Part shown: in pieces, positions 57,319 to 64,000 of the stretch
Numbering within the stretch: position 1 is the stretch's first letter
Layout of the letters: every line of letters starts with the position of its first letter
Source: an uncultured bacterium
GTDB taxonomy: Bacteria; Patescibacteriota; Saccharimonadia; Saccharimonadales; 2-12-FULL-41-12
DNA length: 64,000 nt
Assembly: GCA_963834265.1 (NCBI GenBank)
Contig: CAWIAU010000003.1
Span: 76,475-140,474, forward strand
Direction: 5' to 3'
The notes under the pieces: generated by a model
Databases searched by the model: none
What the model was told of the DNA's origin: nothing
What the model saw: only the letters and a program-made list of their open reading frames with translations
Program-made: the position numbers and the translations under genes

Positions 57319-58557
57319 ATGAAAGATATTTCGTTACTATCAGTGCGGCAAAGAGCGACTGCCGCAATAATCGCCGTGGCATTTGCCGTGGCAATTGTTC
57401 TGCCGGTTATTATCGGCACTTCGTCTGTGTCGGCATTGCCGTTTACAGAACGTAAAATAACTATCGGCAGTTCTGAAGCCGGCAGAGATGACACTATATA
57501 CACTGCAAACTTCAAACCGGGTACTACCGGAGCAGTTCTCGGTTTTGTAATAGAGTTTTGTAGTAACAGCCCGCTGATCGGACAGACATGTACAGCCCCG
57601 GCCGCCCTTGATACCAACGAAGCAACTATTACCGTAACAGGTTGGACCGTACATGCTAATACTGATGCCAACACTTTGATAATCACCAGAGGTGCAGGTA
57701 CCTACACTGCCGGCGTGGCCGAAACGATTACCCTGGGTACAGGTGCCGCGAACAACGGTATTGATAACCCAAGTGCTACAGGCAGCTATTACGCCCGCTT
57801 ACTGTCTTATACGACAGCTGCCGGCGCACAGGGTTACACCGATACAGCTCCTAACTCCCCCGTAGACAGTGGTGGTGTTGCCCTCAGCACTGCCAACCAG
57901 CTGACTATTACAGCCCAGGTTCAGGAACAGTTAACATTCTGTGTCGGCACTATCAACGGAGCTGCCCCTGCTGACTGCACCGGTCTGACCGGTACTGCCG
58001 TAAACCTCGGAACAATCAGTGCCGGTGCTGCTAGCATCACGCCAGTGGTTACAGGCAGTGGTGGTAACAACGTTAACGGAGCAGCTATGGTTAGTACCAA
58101 TGCGGGCTTCGGTGTAGTTGTAACTTACTATGCAGAACAAGGTGCCGGCACGAACCATCAGGGTGCCCTGCGTGTATCCGGCGCAACATGTAATGCCGGC
58201 TCAATCCAGACTGATCCCTGTTTCCGTTCACCCGCTTCCCAGACAGCCTTTGACGGTGCCTCACCTGCTGAGAACTTCGGCCTGACCGTGTCGACAATAG
58301 ATACCTCCAGCGGTACAACTACCAATCTTGTTCGTAATGCAAACTACGACGGCGACGGTACGTCTGCCCAGGGCTTTGCCTGGAGAGAAGACGGCCTGAC
58401 CGATACGCTGGCCAGCTCAGCCGCCGGTGCACAGCCTGAAAACCGTGTAACCGACGAAGAAATGTTACTGCTTCGATTTGCTGCCCGATCTGCTTCTACG
58501 ACACCAACCGGAATCTACACAGTTGTCAGCACCTACATTGCAACTTCAACTTATTAA
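57319..58557 (+). CDS. secreted surface protein, paralog B2 (ends ...YTVVSTYIATSTY)
   Basis: 412 aa. Collinear with B1, with scattered substitutions clustered in a few short patches. Confidence 0.7.
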   Translation: MKDISLLSVRQRATAAIIAVAFAVAIVLPVIIGTSSVSALPFTERKITIGSSEAGRDDTIYTANFKPGTTGAVLGFVIEFCSNSPLIGQTCTAPAALDTNEATITVTGWTVHANTDANTLIITRGAGTYTAGVAETITLGTGAANNGIDNPSATGSYYARLLSYTTAAGAQGYTDTAPNSPVDSGGVALSTANQLTITAQVQEQLTFCVGTINGAAPADCTGLTGTAVNLGTISAGAASITPVVTGSGGNNVNGAAMVSTNAGFGVVVTYYAEQGAGTNHQGALRVSGATCNAGSIQTDPCFRSPASQTAFDGASPAENFGLTVSTIDTSSGTTTNLVRNANYDGDGTSAQGFAWREDGLTDTLASSAAGAQPENRVTDEEMLLLRFAARSASTTPTGIYTVVSTYIATSTY

Positions 58558-58580
58558 TAAAAACAGGATGGGCATATCTG

Positions 58581-59630
58581 GTGCGTTTGTTAAGGAGTAA
58601 TAAAAGATTATTTCCTGTTTTAATGGCATTGGTAATGATTGTGCTGATGAACTGTTCTTCAAATACTGTAAATGGACTGGATTTACAGAAGCGCACAATT
58701 CAGATAGGTACATCCATACCTGGGGCATCGACCAGTCATTTCTATACATTTGATGTAGCTTCAGGCAGCGCAACAGGATCTATTGTATTCGATTATTGTT
58801 CTAATAGTCCTTTGCTGCAGGATCCATGTTTTGCTCCTGCCGGACTTTCATTATCATCGGCTACATTAGCTATACAGACCGGCGAAACCGGATTTGCAAT
58901 CCATCCCAATACCTCCGCCAGCCGTTTGGTACTCAGCCGGGTACCGGCACCTGTATCTCCCCAGTCTGTATCATATAGTTTAGACAATGTTATTAATCCT
59001 ACGGGTTCCGCACAGAGCTTCTATGTTCGCGTTACTACCCATGCGGCAGATGATGGTACGGGAGCGTTGATCGACTTCGGAGCGGTCGTATTCAATACCA
59101 GCGGAGGACTGGGGATTGAGAGTTATGTCCCCCCTTTTCTGACATTCTGCACGGGTATAACCGTGGCTCCTGACTGTACAAGTCAGAACGGTGATAGTAT
59201 AGATCTTGGAGAGTTAACTGCTACCTCGCCTCGTTCCTCTACATCCCAGTTTGCTGGTGCCACAAATGACGGGCTAGGTTACAGCGTTTCCATGCTCGGC
59301 ACTTCAATGACTTCAGGCAACAATGTTATAAATGCGCTTGCTGTACCAACCGCCAGCATTTCCGGGACAAGTCAATACGGCATTAATCTACGGGCAAATA
59401 GTGTACCGAATGTTGGCCAGGAGGTAGCAGGGGTAGGTAGTGGGGTTCCCGATAGTGATTATAATATTCCCAATAGATTTACGTTTCACAATGGCTCACT
59501 GACAAACTCGGGAAATATTCCGTCCGAATTCAATACTTTTACAGTCAGTTATATGGTCAATATTCCCCCCGGACAACCACCCGGTATTTATAGTACGACA
59601 ATAACTTATATTGCTACCGCTGCATTTTAA
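58581..59630 (+). CDS. secreted surface protein, paralog C (ends ...TTITYIATAAF)
   Basis: 349 aa with a GTG start. It shares RTIQIGTS, YCSNSPLLQDPCFAPAGL, FLTFCTGI...IDLGEL, YGINLRAN and the C-terminal strand with B1 and B2. Confidence 0.65.
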   Translation: MRLLRSNKRLFPVLMALVMIVLMNCSSNTVNGLDLQKRTIQIGTSIPGASTSHFYTFDVASGSATGSIVFDYCSNSPLLQDPCFAPAGLSLSSATLAIQTGETGFAIHPNTSASRLVLSRVPAPVSPQSVSYSLDNVINPTGSAQSFYVRVTTHAADDGTGALIDFGAVVFNTSGGLGIESYVPPFLTFCTGITVAPDCTSQNGDSIDLGELTATSPRSSTSQFAGATNDGLGYSVSMLGTSMTSGNNVINALAVPTASISGTSQYGINLRANSVPNVGQEVAGVGSGVPDSDYNIPNRFTFHNGSLTNSGNIPSEFNTFTVSYMVNIPPGQPPGIYSTTITYIATAAF

Positions 59631-59728
59631 GGGCCGAAAATTCAGAAATTATTTATAAACATTAGCAAATCTGCTATACTCGGACTCAAGCGGTTTAATT
59701 TTACAAAAAATACAGGAGGATTTAGAAG

Positions 59729-60748
59729 ATGTTATCAGCTGCCAAAAAGCGTGCAATAGCAATTATTTTTGCAATAGTATTTGTAGGTTCACTTGGGTTT
59801 GGTGTTTCGGCGCAGGATCAGTCAGGCGGTAGCGGATTGATCATATCTCCTACCAGAACAGAACTTGAAGTTTCTCCTGGCGGACTACAGAAAATCAAAG
59901 TAACCCTCCAGAATGTCTCTGGCGTAGATATAATTGCGAAAGCAGAGATTAATGATTTTGAATCAAATGGTAAAACCGGTGAGCCCAGAATCTTTCCTGG
60001 TTCGGAAAAGCACGGTTCAGCCAGTATCCGCAATTTTTTGAGTAATGTAAATGACGTTGAGTTAAAGAAAGATCAGAAAAAAGACTTCGAAATCGATGTA
60101 GCTATACCTACGAACGCCTCACCAGGAGCTTACTACGGTATCGTTCGTTACGCGGCAATACCTGTTACAGCTCAGGAATCAGGCGGCAACCAGATTTCTC
60201 TGACGGCGAGCGTAGGTACTCTTATATTGCTAACAGTTCCAGGCGACATTACAGAACAGATACAGATTCAGAGCATAAAGGCTGAAAGTCTGGATGATAA
60301 GGGCAACCCGGTCGCCAGAAGCTTTTTTACAAAAAAGCCCAGTCAGGTCTCCATTGAGATAAAGAATAATGGAAATGGATTCTCTAAGCCACTGGGTAAG
60401 GTGACTGTTTCAAAGGGCGGGAAAAACATTTACACCTATGAGTTAAACCAAACAAATGCCCTAAATCCAACAGATTCCCGCGCAAATATTTTGCCCAATA
60501 GTACACGTATTTTCACCAACAAAATTGAAAAAGTTAATATGCCGGGGCGTTACAAAGTATCAGCCAATATATCGCACGGCAGCGGTGGTGAAGTCGTATC
60601 AATAGAAACTTCATTCTGGTATGTACCGGCATGGTGCCTATACTTACTAATCGGTGGCTTGCTGGCGATAATTGCAGCAGTCTATCTCGTGTATCGCAGG
60701 AAATTTGGCGGCAAGGGTACTGTCAGGCGACGCAAGAAAAAATCCTAG
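59729..60748 (+). CDS. DUF916/DUF3324-like (WxL-interacting-protein-like) cell-surface protein with a C-terminal TM anchor
   Basis: 339 aa with a signal peptide. The Ig-like opening is LIISPTRTELEVSPGGLQKIKVTLQNVSG. The C-terminal TM helix is followed by RRKFGGKGTVRRRKKKS. Size and architecture match recalled CscA/DUF916 proteins of WxL clusters. Confidence 0.5.
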   Translation: MLSAAKKRAIAIIFAIVFVGSLGFGVSAQDQSGGSGLIISPTRTELEVSPGGLQKIKVTLQNVSGVDIIAKAEINDFESNGKTGEPRIFPGSEKHGSASIRNFLSNVNDVELKKDQKKDFEIDVAIPTNASPGAYYGIVRYAAIPVTAQESGGNQISLTASVGTLILLTVPGDITEQIQIQSIKAESLDDKGNPVARSFFTKKPSQVSIEIKNNGNGFSKPLGKVTVSKGGKNIYTYELNQTNALNPTDSRANILPNSTRIFTNKIEKVNMPGRYKVSANISHGSGGEVVSIETSFWYVPAWCLYLLIGGLLAIIAAVYLVYRRKFGGKGTVRRRKKKS

Positions 60749-60821
60749 AACATAAGAACAACATTTCCGGCAGCGTCTTTTCAGAACCCCTCATGGTAAT
60801 ATTAAAAGTGGGTTATCAGCC

Positions 60822-61715
60822 ATGACATATGCTATTCCATCACTCGCAATTAAACATTTGGTTTTTATTCTGACCACCCTGTCGGTACTACTATTGATTC
60901 CGGGCACGGCGAAGGCGGTTGAGGAATCAGGTTCGGTCGGTATACAGGGTAAGGTATCTGCACCTCCTCCCACCCAGGCGGCCACCATAACATTTCCTAC
61001 GAATGGCTCTGTTGTCACAAACCTGCCGGTAAATGTTAGTGGAATATGTCCGAAGGGTCTGTTGGTGAAAATTTTCAAAAACAATGTTTTCGGTGGTTCT
61101 GTACAATGTACGACGGGTAGCTTTTCTATTCAGATAGATCTTTTCAGCGGCCAGAATGAGCTTGTAGCACGGGTGTATGATGATCTGGATCAGGCCGGAC
61201 CGGATTCCAATATAGTTACTGTAACCCATCCTTTTAATCAGTTTAACGCTTCTTCCCGTCCCTCTTTGACATCTAGTTTTGCCAAAAGAGGTGCGAATCC
61301 CAATCAGACACTGACATGGCCGATAACAGTAAGTGGCGGCACCGGACCATATGCGATAAGTATTGATTGGGGGGATGGTAAGCCACCCCAGCTTATAAGT
61401 GTTGAGTTCGCAGGAGTTTTTAACGGTACCCACGTATATGATGTGCCGGGGGTTTATAACGTAATCGTCCGGGCAACTGATAAAAACGGCGAAGTTGCAT
61501 TTTTGCAATTGGTAGCAGTGGCAAATGGCCCGTTGTCTCAAACAAATCAAAATACCGGAGGTGGCAGCGGTTCGCTGGATACCACCGTTAAGAAAACACG
61601 CATTCTGTGGTATCCGGTACTTATAACGATTCCTTTTATTGTGACTGCCTTCTGGCTGGGAAGAAAACATGAACTGCATATGTTACGTCGCCAGCTTGAG
61701 CAACGCGGCAAGTAA
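60822..61715 (+). CDS. PKD-domain surface protein with a C-terminal TM anchor
   Basis: 297 aa with a signal peptide and an Ig-like N-domain. PKD signature WGDG...HVYDVPGVYNVIVRATDKNG. TM helix ILWYPVLITIPFIVTAFWL. Confidence 0.7.
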   Translation: MTYAIPSLAIKHLVFILTTLSVLLLIPGTAKAVEESGSVGIQGKVSAPPPTQAATITFPTNGSVVTNLPVNVSGICPKGLLVKIFKNNVFGGSVQCTTGSFSIQIDLFSGQNELVARVYDDLDQAGPDSNIVTVTHPFNQFNASSRPSLTSSFAKRGANPNQTLTWPITVSGGTGPYAISIDWGDGKPPQLISVEFAGVFNGTHVYDVPGVYNVIVRATDKNGEVAFLQLVAVANGPLSQTNQNTGGGSGSLDTTVKKTRILWYPVLITIPFIVTAFWLGRKHELHMLRRQLEQRGK

Positions 61716-61735
61716 CTACGCTATACTAGCCTGAT

Positions 61736-62845
61736 ATGAAAAATATTTTTGTCGGACTGAGCGGCGGCGTCGATAGCTCACTCACAGCCGCTCTTTTGAA
61801 AGATCAGGGCTATAATGTCACGGGCGTTTATATGAAGAACTGGACACAGGACCTTCCCGGAATGATTTGTCCGTGGAAAGAAGATTACCAGGATGCCAAA
61901 AGAGTAGCGGTCCATCTCGATATAGACTTGTTAGTATTTGATTTTCAGACGGAGTACAAACAAAAAGTTGTCGACTATATGATTGACGAGTACAAAACCG
62001 GTCGTACTCCCAATCCCGACATCATGTGCAATCAGGAAGTAAAATTTAAGCTGTTTCTTGATGCCGCGCTGGAAAAAGGTGCAGATATGATTGCCGCCGG
62101 ACATTATGCCCGAACCAACAATGGCCGGCTTTTTATGGCAGATGACAGGATTAAAGATCAAACGTATTTTCTATACAGAGTCACAAAAGAAGCCCTTGAT
62201 AAAACACTTTTTCCGATAGGAGGGATATCCGATAAGGCCGAAGTCAGAAAACTCGCCCGAAAATTCAGGTTACCGACAGCAGAGCGCAAAGACAGTCAGG
62301 GTATCTGCTTTGTCGGCAAAGTCGGGATCAAAGATTTTCTGAGCCAATACGTTGAGACTGAGTCGGGTCCGATTATTGATCAAAAGGGACAGACAGCAGG
62401 TGAGCATGAGGGCGCGATATTTTACACTATTGGTCAGCGGCATGGTTTAGATGTCGGTGGTGGCTTGCCATATTACGTCATCCGCAAAGACATGTCCACC
62501 AACACCGTCTATGTGACCACCGACTTGTCCGATAAAGAGCTGTGGTCAAATAAAGTTCTGCTGGAAGATCTGCACCGGATCGACGGCTCAGACTTCAAAT
62601 CTCAGACTTCAAATCTCAAAGTCAGACTCAGATACCGCGGTCCGCTAGTCGACTGCGAACTAAGGGACAATATAATTATGCTGAAAGACGAACAGCGGGC
62701 ACTGGCAGCAGGCCAGTCTGCCGTATTTTATAATGACACAGAATGTCTCGGGGGCGGGGTCATCTCATCTGTTACAATAGATACTGATGACGGCGCAGGA
62801 AATCAGAAGAAAGTATCTGGAATTTTTCGAACAGCGGGAACATAA
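61736..62845 (+). CDS. mnmA: tRNA 2-thiouridine(34) synthase MnmA
   Basis: 369 aa. PP-loop GLSGGVDSS, catalytic Cys regions (NPDIMCN, SQGICF), and the MnmA pattern throughout. Confidence 0.9.
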   Translation: MKNIFVGLSGGVDSSLTAALLKDQGYNVTGVYMKNWTQDLPGMICPWKEDYQDAKRVAVHLDIDLLVFDFQTEYKQKVVDYMIDEYKTGRTPNPDIMCNQEVKFKLFLDAALEKGADMIAAGHYARTNNGRLFMADDRIKDQTYFLYRVTKEALDKTLFPIGGISDKAEVRKLARKFRLPTAERKDSQGICFVGKVGIKDFLSQYVETESGPIIDQKGQTAGEHEGAIFYTIGQRHGLDVGGGLPYYVIRKDMSTNTVYVTTDLSDKELWSNKVLLEDLHRIDGSDFKSQTSNLKVRLRYRGPLVDCELRDNIIMLKDEQRALAAGQSAVFYNDTECLGGGVISSVTIDTDDGAGNQKKVSGIFRTAGT

Positions 62846-64000
62846 GGTAATTCCCCGGGCTCTTCTGGTACCTCAGGATGACCCGACGACTTTATTTACC
62901 GGATCCGGTATGCAGCCGCTGATTCCATATTTGTTGGGCGAAACACATCCGGCAGGCACCCGGCTTGTCGACAGCCAGACATGTATTCGTGCCCAGGATA
63001 TAGATGAGGTTGGTGATAATAGCCACACAACGTTTTTTGAAATGCTGGGCAACTGGTCACTTGGAGAATACTTCAAAGCAGAGCAAATCCGCTGGTTTTT
63101 TGAATTTCTGACTGACACTGTTGGATTAGACCCGGCAAAACTCTATGTTAGTTGTTTTATCGGCAGCGAAGCTCACGGTATTCCCAAAGACACTGAATCT
63201 GCCGGGATCTGGAAGAAATTATTTGAAGAAAAAGGAATTGATGCAAAAATTGTCGATATCGGTAGCCAGAAAGACGGCGACATGAGCGGAATGCAGGGCG
63301 GACGTATTTTCTACTATGATGACGGAGAAAACTGGTGGAGTCGTGGCGGCGGCTTGGATACGACTCCTATCGGTGATCCATGCGGTCCTGACAGTGAAGT
63401 CTTTTATGATTTTGGCGAAAGCCAGCACGATCAAAGTTATGGTAAAGCCCATCCGGCGACTGATTCAGGGCGATTTATTGAGATTGGGAACCAGGTTTTT
63501 ATGCAGTATTTGCGTACTAAAGACGGGTTTGAACCACTTCAGAAACAAAATGTTGATTTCGGTGGTGGCCTGGAGCGTATAGCAGCAGCGGCTATCAATA
63601 GTCCTGATATGTTCAAAATAAGTTTGCTGTGGCCAATTATTGAAAAACTGCAGGATCTATCCGGCAAAAATTATGACTCACACACCAATGACATGCGCGT
63701 CATTGCCGATCATCTGCGCGGAGCAGTATTTCTGGCCGTAGACGGCATCGTGCCAGGTAACAAAGAGCAGGGCTATGTATCACGTCGACTGATGCGCCGG
63801 GCTATCCTGAAGGCTTTCAATCTCGGTATTGAGCAGGATTTCATCGAACAAATCGTGCCGGTAATTGCCGGTCTTTATGAAAAAGATTATCCGGAAATAG
63901 CAGATAATCGCCAGAGAATTATCGACAGCCTGGTTCGTGAAGAAAAAATTTTCCGTCAAACAATACGAAATGGACTTAGAGAATTAGATAAACTTGAAAG
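62787..64000 (+). CDS. alaS: alanine--tRNA ligase, 5' part (runs off the window)
   Basis: Absent from the ORF track because there is no stop in the window. Hand translation from ATG 62787 gives MTAQEIRRKYLEFFEQREHKVIPRALLVPQDDPTTLFTGSGMQPL...CIRAQDIDEVGDNSHTTFFEMLGNWS...FGGGLERI. This is the canonical AlaRS N-terminal catalytic domain. The frame is open to position 64000. Confidence 0.9.
   Translation, partial: MTAQEIRRKYLEFFEQREHKVIPRALLVPQDDPTTLFTGSGMQPLIPYLLGETHPAGTRLVDSQTCIRAQDIDEVGDNSHTTFFEMLGNWSLGEYFKAEQIRWFFEFLTDTVGLDPAKLYVSCFIGSEAHGIPKDTESAGIWKKLFEEKGIDAKIVDIGSQKDGDMSGMQGGRIFYYDDGENWWSRGGGLDTTPIGDPCGPDSEVFYDFGESQHDQSYGKAHPATDSGRFIEIGNQVFMQYLRTKDGFEPLQKQNVDFGGGLERIAAAAINSPDMFKISLLWPIIEKLQDLSGKNYDSHTNDMRVIADHLRGAVFLAVDGIVPGNKEQGYVSRRLMRRAILKAFNLGIEQDFIEQIVPVIAGLYEKDYPEIADNRQRIIDSLVREEKIFRQTIRNGLRELDKLE

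Noticed and set aside
55878-57686. Minus-strand ORFs 55878..56273 and 57285..57686 (131 and 133 aa, near-identical)
   Set aside because: Their similarity only reflects the tandem duplication of the plus-strand genes. They lie antisense to the signal-peptide regions of B1 and B2.
60927-61679. 250-aa minus-strand ORF antisense to the PKD-domain gene
   Set aside because: The plus-strand product has a signal peptide, a recognisable PKD signature (WGDG...HVY...Y.V) and a TM anchor. The minus-strand product is Arg/Cys/Tyr-rich with no motifs.

Overview
This 64-kb window comes from a compact, moderately AT-rich bacterial genome that uses the standard code (TGA is a stop). Genes are tightly packed and many stop/start codons overlap. 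The content includes LPXTG sortase substrates, a MurD-family ligase paired with a PP-loop enzyme, a PurO-type IMP cyclohydrolase, many small membrane or secreted hypothetical proteins, and sparse metabolism. From this I infer, without any search, a Gram-positive-type small-genome lineage such as Candidate Phyla Radiation / Saccharibacteria. Housekeeping genes I recognise are pyk-pgk-tpiA, pcrA, rsmA, metG-tatD, a cysteine desulfurase, an F1-type ATP synthase gene set, mnmA, a 5' partial alaS that the ORF track missed, tRNA-Lys(CTT), tRNA-Glu(TTC) and a tmRNA. Three regions deserve the most attention. (1) At 17.6-26.2 kb, a VWA/MoxR/DUF58 operon is bracketed by two copies of a 'secreted Pro-rich protein + LPXTG protein' module. 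The island contains a roughly 870-bp near-identical direct repeat whose upstream copy is frameshifted, and a protein with 72 consecutive prolines encoded by a perfect 12-nt tandem repeat. (2) At 55.0-61.7 kb, four paralogous secreted proteins sit next to a DUF916-like membrane-anchored protein and a PKD-domain protein, which may be a surface-fibre assembly system. (3) At 46.9-53.0 kb, the ATP synthase operon has b, delta, alpha, gamma, beta and epsilon but no a or canonical c subunit gene. It is preceded by a gene whose C-terminal two-helix hairpin looks like a carboxylate-less c subunit. Other items are a 145-bp palindromic MITE-like element in two copies, a PaaK-like/ThiF-like/nitroreductase triad, and tRNA-fragment-like repeats flanking tRNA-Glu. 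All functional calls rest on motifs read by eye and recalled family knowledge. No database search was run.
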